Source of the DNA: Octopus bimaculoides
Lineage: Eukaryota
NCBI RefSeq assembly: GCF_001194135.2
Contig: NC_068984.1
Location: 103,307,243-103,371,242, forward strand
Length of the DNA: 64,000 nt
Reading direction: 5' to 3'
Shown here: piece after piece, positions 25,775 through 39,011 of the stretch
Position numbering within the stretch: the stretch's first letter is position 1
Layout: each line of letters begins with the position of its first letter
Program-made: the position numbers and the translations under genes
The notes under the pieces: model-generated
Told to the model about the DNA's origin: nothing
Seen by the model: the letters and a program-made list of their open reading frames with translations, nothing else
The model's database searches: none

Positions 25775-26521
25775 AATATAATAATTTTTTTTTAAACTCC
25801 AAAAGTAGTATTTACTCCAGTAGATGGAGAAGATGTATGAAAGACAAGTGGAATCCTATATAGCACGCCAGAAACGGAAGTCAATATGGAGCAAACATGC
25901 ACGTCTTACTCCTTCGAAAGTATTTATTAATTCCATCCTCTTTAAAAACAGCGAATAATCAAGGCAACGCTAAAAAATTGTGTCACCTGAGATAAACGCC
26001 AAATATTTTATCTTGGAAATTAGTGGCGTTGTCAGCTAGACAACCCAATAATTTATCAAAACGAACTTGAAGTATAAATAAGAATTTGAGTGAAGAGTAC
26101 GAGGCCTAGGTATTACATATGCAGTAGCACCAACCACCAGAAGGCATTCGACCCTCACGCGGGAGAGGTGAAAACCTCCTTGCTGCCAATATCACAAACA
26201 CATCAACATGAGCAACATCAATAATAGCAGCAAAAACCAAAACCACAAAAATCTCTCAGAAGGGTCCCCACCAAAAAATATGCAGCAGCACAAACGACAC
26301 ATATATGTATCAATTAACTCTCTAACACCCATCTCCGAAATTTCATTAATTAGTGAAGGAGAAGAAAGAGAGGGACACTAATAACAAACCAGTTTCTTGA
26401 GATCAGTCTGGAACGAGCTCTTTTGGAAACATTGATGTCTCGGGATATAGCTCAGCTCCCTGAACCCTGGTGCTAAGCTGGTTATCCTGACACAATTCCC
26501 ACAACCACTCTCTCGGCCACT

Positions 26522-26950
26522 TTAGGAGATTGTCCTACTCGCTAGCGCCAGTGGGTGACGGGAATAACGTCTTGCCTGCACGTTGGGATTATGGCGTAGG
26601 GGTTGCCGATAAGAGATATAAGCAATGTATGAATTTGTGCTAAACACGGTCAGGCTGGCAGTGCGGAGAGGAACATCGAGGATTGATACAAATGCTACTC
26701 TCGACGACGACGATGATGATGATGTCGACGGCGGCGGCGGCGGTGGTGGTGGTGTAGCAGCATCACCACCACCACCCTCACCACCACCACCATCATCACC
26801 ACCACCAATATCATCACCACTACCACCACCAGCACCAGCACCAGCAACATCATCATCTCCGCACCGTTTATGTCTCAAAAATACTAATGACGTCGTTTCG
26901 TCTTCTGTACCGGTGGCCGCTAAGGTGTGGGATCCAGTATTGAAAGGTCT
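26522..26950 (-). other. Candidate low-complexity (G/P/S/D-rich) exon or ORF; overlaps a plus-strand ORF at 26625-26960
   Basis: A GC-rich stretch with GGT/CCA/GAT triplet runs is open for about 140 codons on the minus strand and 111 on the plus strand. I recognise no domain. Confidence 0.2.
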
Positions 26951-28237
26951 TTACCTGTAGACAGACTCATTCAACGACCCATCATTTCAACCATTCGTCT
27001 TCCGTCTATGTGGTGATAATGTAATCTGAAAACAAGTGCTAGCCTGTGTGGATGGAATCAAAACAGCGCTCAAAGGTGACTGACCAAGATTAAAAGCCGC
27101 TGATATAGTTTAGCAACACACCTGACTAGTACACTTTCTGAATATTTCGCTTTTCACCAGAAAGATTTTGCCTTTTTACACTTTTGCTTCAAATTAACAT
27201 TCGCACCTGCCACAACTACACACACACGCACACACACATATACTCACACACACACAGTATACAGATTTTAAAGAAAATAATTTTAGTGGAAGAAAGATAT
27301 TTACGAATATAAAAATGAGATTATAAACCTAACTAAATTCTTTCTTTTGAATTCAATTAATAAACAAAATTTATATTTCGTTTATCCCTTATATCATTTT
27401 ATTATCCTACACTTTGTCATCCTACTTTTTTACAACTATTTTCTCGCTCATTCCTGTTTGGTTCTTTCTAGTTTAAGTTTCTCTTCCTTATCTTTTGAAA
27501 CGTGTCTCCCCATTGTTTTTATTCCTCTCAAATTAAGTTCCACCGATATAATTCACCTTTCGCTTCTGTCAACGGTTTCTCTGGAATTACAGATTTGAGC
27601 TAGTCCATCTGTACGGCCACATAGGCCACGTGAATTACATAGGCCACATGGATGAAGACATGGCTATGAAGGTCACATAGATGAATACAAATTTTAAACA
27701 CAGACTTCCCAAACATTTTCAGTCGCTATTTTCTTATTTATACTCTCGAAAATTATGTTCCTCGTGTATTGTGGAAATATTCTGTTTACTGATAGTTTTA
27801 ACAACCTTCTGTTTATCGATCCAAACGCATATGGAATGAACTGTAAACTTCCATGTCATCATTATTTTACATCATTCCTTTGGAAATGCTCTGTTCTTTT
27901 TACTTTTATTTCTTATCGATTTTTACGTATACTATGTCATAATTTGTATTAACATCGTGTAATGTTACCCATTTGCGTTTCAGATAGCACAAACTAACGT
28001 CCTGCTTTATTCAATTCTAATAGCTGCTTTTGAAATTTTGCTTTTCATAAGCAAACTTTGTCCATCATGTATTTTCTGTATCTTAATGTTACAAACCATT
28101 CTGCATCGGCTTTTGATAAAATACAGTTAAAAATACATTTATAGTATATTTATAGCTTTGGTTTGATAAATCGGGCGTAGTTATGGACCTTTCAGAGAAA
28201 AAAGATATAAATTTTAACTAAATGTTTGTGTGTTTGT

Positions 28238-28275
<38 letters not shown>

Positions 28276-28529
28276 CCCTTGTATCCTTAACTGCTGCTCC
28301 AACTTACACAAACACACATCTAAATATATGTTAAACGGTAAATATGTATTTTTGTGTGTACGTGTCTGTATGTGTGTGTAATACATGTTTGTATGTATGT
28401 ATGTATGTATGTATGTATGTATGTATGAAAAGAACAGAATCAAACTGAAATTTGCTTCTAGACCGGGAATCATTCTCAGATCCAGAACACAGAACTGCTG
28501 TTGTCGGCAGTGAATTAAGCAGGTATAAT

Positions 28530-28749
28530 ATTCTTTTCTACTCAAGGAACAAGGCCCGAAATTTTTGGGGAAAGGGGGCCAGTCGATTAGATCGACTCCT
28601 ATACACAACTGGTACTTAATTTATCGACCCCGAAAGGTATGAAAGGCAAAGTCGACCTCGGTGGAATTTGAATTCAGAATGTAAAGACATACGAAATACC
28701 GCTGGGCATTTCGCCCGGCGTGATAACGATTCTGCCAGTTCGCCGCCTT
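28530..28749 (-). mobile_element. SINE family A copy, full length
   Basis: Full head, body and tail. Confidence 0.9.
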
Positions 28750-28769
28750 AAGTAGGTATAATATTGACA

Positions 28770-29030
28770 TAGACGCACTCTCCGAAAACGGTCCTAATGA
28801 TGAAGATCATCTTTCAGAGAGGGCTGCTGGATACACGTTCTTCTAATAGAAGAAATCGAGTGGAGAGAAACGGAAAAGAGGAGTGGGTTTTGGTGTCCGA
28901 ACAAAGGTTTGGCAGCCGAAGCAAGGTAATCGAATTATGCACTTGAGGGTTCTTCTGTCATGCGGGCGTTTCATGACTGTGATTTCAGTATATGCTTCTA
29001 CTCTGGATAGTACCCAAGAATCGATTATAA
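28770..29030 (+). mobile_element. AP-endonuclease fragment of an RTE/BovB-like LINE
   Basis: GVGFGV...NRIMHLRVLL...TVISVYASTL matches the APE pattern GVGF...ER.M.LR...IS.YAPT. Confidence 0.7.
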
Positions 29031-29109
29031 CTTCTTTTTTTTTTTTTTTTTTTTTCAAGATTTACGGGGATTACATCAATTCTACGTACTACTTGAAAAT
29101 ATTAATACA

Positions 29110-29230
29110 CTTGTAGGCAGTGACCTACATGGAATAAATAAAATCATAACATAACCAATTAAATATAAGAAATAATAATTTCTTAAAGTATGCATTAATC
29201 CCCATGTACCCAGACTTTGTGGACACCCTG
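29110..29230 (-). mobile_element. Tc1/mariner terminal fragment
   Basis: The minus strand reads TA|CAGGGTGTCCACAAAGTCTGGGTACATGGGG, with TA at 29231-29232. Confidence 0.55.
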
Positions 29231-30339
29231 TAGATACGCACAAAGTTTAAGCATGGACATATGTTGGATTATATCATTACCAAAAAGATTATTTGTTCTG
29301 TAAGAGTGGTCCAGAATGTTCCACAGATCACAGATTTGTACCATAGTAAGGTGAGAATGCAAATCAGAAGAAAAGTGTGAGCAGCAGAGATCAAAATGCC
29401 AAAACACATAGATGTGCTTAAACTACAAAGTTCAGAAACGCGAGATGATCTTCATAATACACTTGATAACATTATCTTTGATAGAAGTTATGGTCAGTTC
29501 AAATACTACTTAACAATGCTGGAGCTGATGCACTAGGTCTCAAGAAAACAGAACAACGAAACTGATTTGATAGGCGCTTTGAAAAGAAGAACAAGTTAGA
29601 TGAGAAATACCTTGATGCAGAAGAACCAGTACTGGTATTTCTTTCATTTCTTTTAAAGCTTCAAGAAATGTAATAAGAAACTCGTAAGGTGAAGAATAGC
29701 TGGTGGTTTGAAGTTCCAGTGAAAATGCAGGAAACTTATAACTGTGGAAATTTAAAAGCGTTGTACAGCACAATAAAGTAACTTTGCAACCCGCAGTCTT
29801 TAAAAGTGGCACCGTTCAAGTCAAAAGATAGATGCACCCTCATTAGAGATCTAACAGAAATCATGAAACGATAGCCTGAACACATTAAAATGTTATATAC
29901 ACACACACACACACACACACATATATACATATATATATATAAATACATATATATACATAAATACATACATATATATGCATACATACATACATATATATGC
30001 ATACATGCATACATACATATATATACATNNNNNNNNNNNNNNNNNNNNNNNNNNNNNNNNNNNNNNNNNNNNNNNNNNNNNNNNNNNNNNNNNNNNNNNN
30101 NNNNNNNNNNNNNNNNNNNNNNNNNNNNNNNNNNNNNNNNNNNNNNNNNNNNNNNNNNNNNNNNNNNNNNNNNNNNNNNNNNNNNNNNNNNNNNNNNNNN
30201 NNNNNNNNNNNNNNNNNNNNNNNNNNNNNNNNNNNNNNNNNNNNNNNNNNNNNNNNNNNNNNNNNNNNNNNNNNNNNNNNNNNNNNNNNNNNNNNNNNNN
30301 NNNNNNNNNNNNNNNNNATATATATATGTATGTATGTAT

Positions 30340-30851
30340 GTATATATTGAGAATTCACCAAAAAAATCAAAAGACGGAGATAGGTGGTGTAGACAACAAA
30401 CAGATGTATTAGTTTGACGCTTGGGAAGAGAAAAAGTCTTTAACGTTTTGAACCTACGCTCTTCCACAGAAAGGAACACAGAAAGAAACAAGGAGAAAAA
30501 ATAAAGAATGTGTAATGGCTAGCGATCTATCATGGCGAATGCTGGACAGAAGGGTTACACAGGAGAGCTATGAAGAACGGGAGATAATAAAGTAGTGGTG
30601 ATCCCAAAACGAAGCGGCATCCCGTTTTCCCGATGTATAGAGAAGGGCACAGAGAGAGCAGGAGATGCAGTAGATGACATTGGTAGAAGTGCAGGTGAAG
30701 GAGTCGGTGATGTGATAGGGTCGACGATGGATGCCGGTGAGGAGGGTGGTGTTGGAGAGGTAAGGACAAGTGCGGCAGCGTGGGCGGGAGCAGGGTTGGG
30801 AGGTTGGTTTAGGGAAGAATCTGTGGACCAAGAGGTCTCGGAGGTAGTGGG
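30340..30851 (-). mobile_element. Penelope-like element 3' end: GIY-YIG fragment (30568-30851) followed by a pLTR-like repeat with a degenerate hammerhead (30434-30475)
   Basis: PCSRPRCRTCP...FTCTSTNVIYCISCSLC continues after a frameshift as LYIGKTG. Downstream lies CTGTGGA A GAGC GTAG GTTC AAAAC GTT AAAGAC. Confidence 0.85.
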
Positions 30852-31508
30852 NNNNNNNNNNNNNNNNNNNNNNNNNNNNNNNNNNNNNNNNNNNNNNNNN
30901 NNNNNNNNNNNNNNNNNNNNNNNNNNNNNNNNNNNNNNNNNNNNNNNNNNNNNNNNNNNNNNNNNNNNNNNNNNNNNNNNNNNNNNNNNNNNNNNNNNNN
31001 NNNNNNNNNNNNNNNNNNNNNNNNNNNNNNNNNNNNNNNNNNNNNNNNNNNNNNNNNNNNNNNNNNNNNNNNNNNNNNNNNNNNNNNNNNNNNNNNNNNN
31101 NNNNNNNNNNNNNNNNNNNNNNNNNNNNNNNNNNNNNNNNNNNNNNNNNNNNNNNNNNNNNNNNNNNNNNNNNNNNNNNNNNNNNNNNNNNNNNNNNNNN
31201 NNNNNNNNNNNNNNNNNNNNNNNNNNNNNNNNNNNNNNNNNNNNNNNNNNNNNNNNNNNNNNNNNNNNNNNNNNNNNNNNNNNNNNNNNNNNNNNNNNNN
31301 NNNNNNNNNNNNNNNNNNNNNNNNNNNNNNNNNNNNNNNNNNNNNNNNNNNNNNNNNNNNNNNNNNNNNNNNNNNNNNNNNNNNNNNNNNNNNNNNNNNN
31401 NNNNNNNNNNNNNNNNNNNNNNNNNNNNNNNNNNNNNNNNNNATATATATGCATATATATATACATATACATATATACATATATATATATATAGAGAGAG
31501 AGAGAGAC

Positions 31509-31589
<81 letters not shown>

Positions 31590-32951
31590 GGGGAAAGAGA
31601 GAGAGGAGAAAGAGAGAGAGGAGAAAGAGAGAGATAGTAAGAGAGAGATAGTAAGAGAGAGATGGGTCTCATGTTTGTAATGTCTCACCACCCTGACATG
31701 ACGTTTACCAAAGTATATTAATTTGTTTTGGATTTTTTTAATATATATAAGCTGATCCTATTTCGATTTTTAGTTTCATTAATAGCCAGGTTTGTTTTGA
31801 TTGTTTTTATTTAAACTTAGTATTATTAATATGTATATAGATTCTGGCCTATCATACGTTACGACTAACATGTCCTCCAACATAGGCTATAGATATCGAA
31901 AATTTAATTTCCGCCTTTGATGATAATGAATCAATTGTCAATTCTATGATTCGCCATCACAGACTATAAATCAGATTTAGTTCGATCTATCTTTATTCGG
32001 CTTGTACATTCATCATTGATTACTTTTAACTTTGTGAAGACTTCTCCAAAGACAAGAAAAATATAGTTCTTGATTGTGATAGATTTACGTCTAGGAACAA
32101 TCACTTCTACGGTGGTTGGATATTTCCCCTACGTTATCCTTCTATTCTTATTCCACCATGTAAGTTGCCGATGTTTATACTTCAGAATGGATCTATTTTT
32201 GTAATTTCCAAAAAGTTCTAATTCTAGTAAACGACTTTCTATAGAGAGAGCAAATGACTACTTTCCCAGTTAGCATCGTCAGTGTGTTTCGAGACGCAAT
32301 ATTTAATATATGGCTTAGAATTTAAATTATTTCGCCCTCTATTAAAGCGGGATTTTATTTTAAAATGTGTCAACTAATACAAAAGTTCCTTGAATGAATA
32401 CTTTGAATATGAATTGGGAAATGGTTTCCTGAAAAACAGATAATTGTGAGTCTGGAAAGTTAATTAATTATCTTATATGAGACATATTTATTTTTCGCCT
32501 TCTATACATTTAAGAAACTCGATCGACATGAAATCTATAGCAATTGTTATAACATAAAATGTTATTAATTATTAATTTAATCAGACTGGTTAACACTATG
32601 AGGTACTTTGAAAACGCCATATATTCTATGGAAAGAATCATGCAAAATTGATAAAATAGAAGACAACTAATTTCTAGAGAATGCTTCTTTAACTTCCCTT
32701 CAGTGACGTAATCTATCGTTGGTTCTTACCATATTCTGATCTCTAATCATCAGATATTCTAAAGTAGTTCTGTAGCAGTTTGGTGACACTAGAAAAGTCC
32801 TTTATATTGCGTTTAATGACAGCATCGATCAATTCTCTGTGAGAAGACCATAAATAATTTTGCTGCATTTGATTTACAGACCCAACTAACAAATCATCGA
32901 CCTCCAGACAGCAAGTCAATTATTGATTTGACACAATGTCAAATGAGTATT

Positions 32952-33118
32952 TCGATTACATCGACCCCAGTGCTTAAGTGGTATTTATTTTATCGACCCC
33001 AAAAGGATGAAAGACAAAGTCGACCTAGGCGGAATTTGAACTCAGAGCGTAAAGTCGGAAGAAATACCGCTAATAATTTTTTTCCGGCGCAGTAACGATT
33101 CTGCCAGCTCGCCGCCTT
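32952..33118 (-). mobile_element. SINE family A copy
   Basis: Family A head and body. Confidence 0.85.
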
Positions 33119-33700
33119 AAGTATAGAGTTATATTGACTATTTAACTGACATCGACAGCACAGCGTCAAATTGTCCATTTTAACGACTATAACAGTAATG
33201 GTTTTGCTTAATATTGTCACATTATCTAACTCACATTGTCTATGCTTCACGGACATTGTCAGATCTATGTCAAATTGATAGTGATAATCCCATTGAGTTA
33301 CGTCATACCTGGTCAATATATATCAATAACGGACGTTGACAGTACTTGATTAACTAATCGATATTAAAAGTTCTTTACTCACTAATGGATATTGACGGTA
33401 GATTAGTAACTAATGGACATTAGCTGTACTTTACAAACAAATGAACATTAACAGTAGTTTAGGAACTAATGGATATTGACAATACTTCACTAACTAATGG
33501 CGTTAAAAGTACTTTACTAACTAATGGATGTTGACAAGAGGAGTTACCTCAATCTTCAGGAGGAGTTACCTCAATCCTTTCTACATTAACCAAAATGAAG
33601 TAGATTGACAAATTTATATTTTGAACCCGTTGAAGACACACAAGATGTCGAAATATCGTTCATTAGATAACAATGACACTCTTCTTTTAATTTTGACTCT

Positions 33701-33735
<35 letters not shown>

Positions 33736-33737
<2 letters not shown>

Positions 33738-36700
33738 AACACCGGGGACGTTTAACATGTGAGAGGGATAAAACAAACACTGCACCGAAACCTATCCAAA
33801 AACATCAGGAATAAAGGCAACAAATGGAGCCTAAAATAACTGACAAAGTGTTGGACTATATCCGAGTAAGTAATACTCATTAAAATTTTTATTTCTATTT
33901 TCCGAATGAAACGATGAATTTTAACTATGTATCATTTCCGTCACTCACACAACACGTGTAAATACGCTCCTCACACTGACAAGGTGCTGGACTACACACG
34001 AGTAAGTAATGCTCCTTAAAAGTGTTGGACTATATCCGAGTAAGTAATACTCATTAAAATTTATTTATATTTTCCAAATGAAATCATGTATTTTAACTGT
34101 GTCTCATCTCTGTCACTCGCACAATACGTGTAAACATGCTCGCCATATTACGATCAAATTAACATCAGACCATCTCTGTCCTCAACCACCATGCACAAAA
34201 CAAATGAAAAGTAAATTAAATAATACCCGAATTATTCAACCCAAAGATAACAAACAGGAAGTATGTACTTTAAACTTGTTACACAAAATGTACGAAAAAC
34301 TACACGTGCAAAACCATTTCACACCAAAAATGAACAGACCGGTACCCTACGCAAATAACGACCATCAAAACAAAGGGCCAGACGTTATTCCTCATGTCCC
34401 GCAACTAAAATCAAAAAAGCATAAATGGACACGTGAGGAATGTATTTCAATCTTACACCCTTATTTTACAGCAGTGCTCTACCCACGGAACGAAAACTCA
34501 ACATATACAAATACAATCTGGAAGAAAAATAACCTAGGTAAAGATTTGAATACAGCAATGAACCCTAATACTCTAGCAAACATACGGAGATATATTCTCA
34601 AAAAAAAAACATATCAGAAATAGAAATAGAACACTTAAAAGGAAAAATACATCAGGAAAACCTAGATAGTAGCCACACAGCAATGTCAAATATTATTATA
34701 AGCACTGGGACTGTAAAATACAAAGACAGGCGTAACATGTCCAACAAAAACGAAGTAAACAACGAAGGACAACAACTCCAGGCCGTAGGAATGTATAAAT
34801 GATGTGCAAAATGTACCAAACCAGAACACCACGGACAAAAATATGAACGGGTGGGGATATGAAACAAATCTAAAACCTGGAAACAATGAAGGTGAAACTA
34901 ACAATGATGATACTCTAAAAATTAGCATAATCAAAGAATTGAAAGCCACAGATTTCAGTATGGACCACCGATTGCACTTCCCCAAAATTAAAATTGATAA
35001 TAAAACAACATCAATAATAAATGGCATGAACCTGGTCGTCACAGAACTAATAGCCACAGAAACAAATGTCAATATGACCAGGCTAAATGATATAATATAT
35101 GCAGCAGCCTCTGTGGCCACAAAAGAAGCTGGATGCCCCCTAAAACTCATCCAAACAGGAGTATCACCACCCAAACAAACCCTGTGGATAAATAATATTC
35201 AGAAAAAAAAAAGAAAATGAGAGGAAAGGTTTGTCAATCCTTAATGAAACTAGTAGACAATGAACACTACTAAGCAACAAGAAGAGAAGAAAATACTACG
35301 TAAATATAAAATTACAGAACAAGGTACACCCAAGCACTGCAAAAACTAAGGAACTGGAAGGCACTCGGGCATAATAAGATCCCCAACTTCTAGTAAAAAT
35401 ACCTAGCAGGAACACAAAAAAGCTGGCTGAGAAATTTAATGAAATACTAGCAGAGCCAGAGACAGTGCTTGAATGGCTCACGGAAGGGAAAACTATCCTA
35501 ATTCCTAAGTTCACTGAAGCGGCAAACCTACAAAATTACAGACCGGTTACTTGTCTCCCTACAATTTACAAAGCCTTTACTGCAATAATATCGCAGAGAG
35601 TGAGCAAGCATCTGGAAGAAAACAACCTGTTTCCAGAAGAGCAGAAGGGTTGCTGCAAGGGTTCATATGGCTGTAAAGATCAGCTATTGATCAATAAAGC
35701 CATAACTGAAGGCACCCGCAGAAAGAAGAAGAGTCTAAATATGGCCTAGATCGATTACCGAAAGGCTTTTGATAATATTCCTCACACATGGATCCTAGAA
35801 ACACTAGCCATTAATAAGGTAGCACCAATAATCATAAAATATATAAAACATTCCATGAATAAATGGCAGACAGTGCTACAGCTCCAAACAAAAGTGGGAC
35901 TCATAAAAACCAAAGCCTCCCCATTAGAAGAGGAATATTCCAGGGAGACACGCTCTCTCCACTCCTTTTCTGCTTGGCACTGACGCCTTTATCTGACATG
36001 CTAAACAGAACTGGATATGGATACAACTGTCACAGCAAAATAATCAGCCACCTCTTATATATGGATGATTTAAAACTTAACGCTACAAATGATAAACAGT
36101 TGGAAATATTACTACAGACAATACATGGATTAACCAAAGAAATAAACATGAAATTTGGCTTAGAAAATGTGTCAAAGCAACCTTGAAAAGAGGAAAACTA
36201 GTTAAGAGTAGCAACATCACACTAGATAAAGCAAATGAAATAAGAGAATTAGACGAAAGCAAGACATACAAATACTTAGGAATCAATGAACTGGATACGA
36301 TACAACACACACAAATGAAAGAGAAGATAAAAAAAGAATACTACAGACGAGTTAGCTTAATACTGAAAGCAGAACTCAATGCGAGAAACAAGATAATAGG
36401 TATTAACACTCTAGCCGTTTCAGTTATAAGTTATAGCTACAATGTTCTTTACTGGACTCTATGAACTAATCAAAATAGACAGGAAAACAAGAAAAATAAT
36501 GACAGGATTTAGGATGCACCACTCGAAATCTGACATAGGCTATATATACAACGTATCAAAGGTGGCAGAGGCCTTATACAACTAGAAAACTATTACAAAA
36601 TAACCACCGGGGGACTACAGCAATGCCTACTTCAGAAGCAAGGAAAACGAATAGCCACAAAACAAAAAAACTGTTTTCAGTCTTGAAGGAAGCTGATAAC

Positions 36701-37507
36701 AACTATCAAGAAAAAGAACAACAAATGGTGTAAAACAACTGAAATCCAAACTAAAACTGGAACAGCAACGGATCATGATAAAACGAAGGCCAGAAAAGTC
36801 GCTTCATGGCAAATACTGGGTTAAACTAAACAGAAAAGAAATAGACAAAGCAAAATCCCAACAATGGCTGAGAAGCTCAGGACTCAAAGCAGAGACTGAA
36901 GGATTTTTAACTGCCGCACAACATCAAAACCTTCCCACCAGAAATTACCAAAAACATGTAATGAAAAGAAATACAAGTAACTGTAGGATATGTGGAGATG
37001 GAGAAGAAACAATAAATCATACTGTCTCTGGCTGCTCAGTCCTTACTAAGAAGGAATATATTCGTAGACACGGCAGATTTGGGACTTGCATACAGGCCGG
37101 ATATAGTTGTCAGAGATCACCAAGAAAAGAAATGCTTTCTAATCGATGTATCAATACTAACAGATGACAATGTGTCTCTAAAAGAAACGGAGACACTTTC
37201 AAAATACAAAGACCTGTAAATAGAGGTAACTCGAATGTGGAGTCTAAAAACAGAAACAATTCCTATCATAGTAAGCGCATTAGGTATGATGAAAAAAATG
37301 TTCAGACAAATACTTAACAAAAACACCAGGACTTACAAGTATATATAACATTCAGAAAATAGCATTACAAAGCACTGCACATTAACTGCGTAGAATGCTT
37401 TCAATACAGTAAAAATAAGAGCATCACAGCAAAACATAATACATACCCAAGGCACACATAGCTGCGCTCGGTAGAGCAGTGAAAGCACGTGATGAAAAAT
37501 AAGACTA

Positions 37508-37510
<3 letters not shown>
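33736..37510 (+). mobile_element. R4/Dong-clade non-LTR retrotransposon (RT plus RLE), near full length and pseudogenised; 5' boundary uncertain
   Basis: N-terminal KHKWTREE. RT motifs NYRPVTCLPTIYK, EEQKGC, IDYRKAFD, RRGIFQGDTLSPLLF and HLLYMDDLKL. Zn knuckle CRICGDGEETINHTVSGC. RLE motif RPDIVV...LIDVS...KYKDL. (TAA)n lies on both sides. Confidence 0.88.

Positions 37511-37585
<75 letters not shown>
37511..37585. repeat. (TAA)n tail or target of the R4/Dong element
   Basis: Seen directly. Confidence 0.9.
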
Positions 37586-37586
<1 letters not shown>

Positions 37587-39011
37587 TACAAAACAACAAG
37601 ATTTCCACACGTTATTATGTCGCTAGGTTTATCACGTTCAAATATACAATTTCATACCAGTGAACTAGAAATACTAATACTAATAATAGTATATTGCTTC
37701 AACTAAATCACTTACACCTCTTATCTACAAAGTTATTTGGCCTTGTGCTCGGTCAATATACCTCAGTATTTATCTTAGACTCTTTATGAGATAACTGGTT
37801 TCAATATGAGATTATTAAAATCGTTTGCAAGTTTATTATTTGTTTGAAAGGAAATTTGAAATTCGTCTGGAAACTGACAGTTTTAATTCAGACTGTCTAT
37901 TTTGGCGTCAGTGAAGCCATAAATTTTAAAGTGTGAATTTAGATATAGTGATTATAAGTACATTAATTCACTTCAATTTTCATCAATTCCGAAACAAGAA
38001 AATAAAAGTAAAATTATGTAAGACGCTTATTGCAATGTCGATACTTTCGCTGGAAGCTCCAATTCTGTTTGTATATGCTTCTCTTGAAACTTCGCTTTCT
38101 GATGCCTCCTTCCCCGCCTCCTGCTAAATGTTAAATGATTCATTCATTCACTTTTCTGTTTTCTTATATTTTCTAAATTGTTACGGATCACATATTTTTC
38201 TCATTACAAGTTTACTTTTTTACGCCAGTAAACAGGTAAATATTATGCTTTTAAGATTCTGCCTATTACTCGCATAGACTACAGAATATATATTACGAGC
38301 GCGCGCACATACACACACACACATATATACATACATATATANNNNNNNNNNNNNNNNNNNNNNNNNNNNNNNNNNNNNNNNNNNNNNNNNNNNNNNNNNN
38401 NNNNNNNNNNNNNNNNNNNNNNNNNNNNNNNNNNNNNNNNNNNNNNNNNNNNNNNNNNNNNNNNNNNNNNNNNNNNNNNNNNNNNNNNNNNNNNNNNNNN
38501 NNNNNNNNNNNNNNNNNNNNNNNNNNNNNNNNNNNNNNNNNNNNNNNNNNNNNNNNNNNNNNNNNNNNNNNNNNNNNNNNNNNNNNNNNNNNNNNNNNNN
38601 NNNNNNNNNNNNNNNNNNNNNNNNNNNNNNNNNNNNNNNNNNNNNNNNNNNNNNNNNNNNNNNNNNNNNNNNNNNNNNNNNNNNNNNNNNNNNNNNNNNN
38701 NNNNNNNNNNNNNNNNNNNNNNNNNNNNNNNNNNNNNNNNNNNNNNNNNNNNNNNNNNNNNNNNNNNNNNNNNNNNNNNNNNNNNNNNNNNNNNNNNNNN
38801 NNNNNNNNNNNNNNNNNNNNNNNNNNNNNNNNNNNNNNNNNNNNNNNNNNNNNNNNNNNNNNNNNNNNNNNNNNNNNNNNNNNNNNNNNNNNNNNNNNNN
38901 NNNNNNNNNNNNNNNNNNNNNNNNNNNNNNNNNNNNNNNNNNNNNNNNNNNNNNNNNNNNNNNNNNNNNNNNNNNNNNNNNNNNNNNNNNNNNNATATAT
39001 ATATATATATA

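Noticed and set aside
26491-26643. Plus-frame peptide ...RRLSY...DKRYKQCMNLC resembling a neuropeptide precursor
   Set aside because: There is no start codon, acceptor or signal peptide, and no family match that I recognise.
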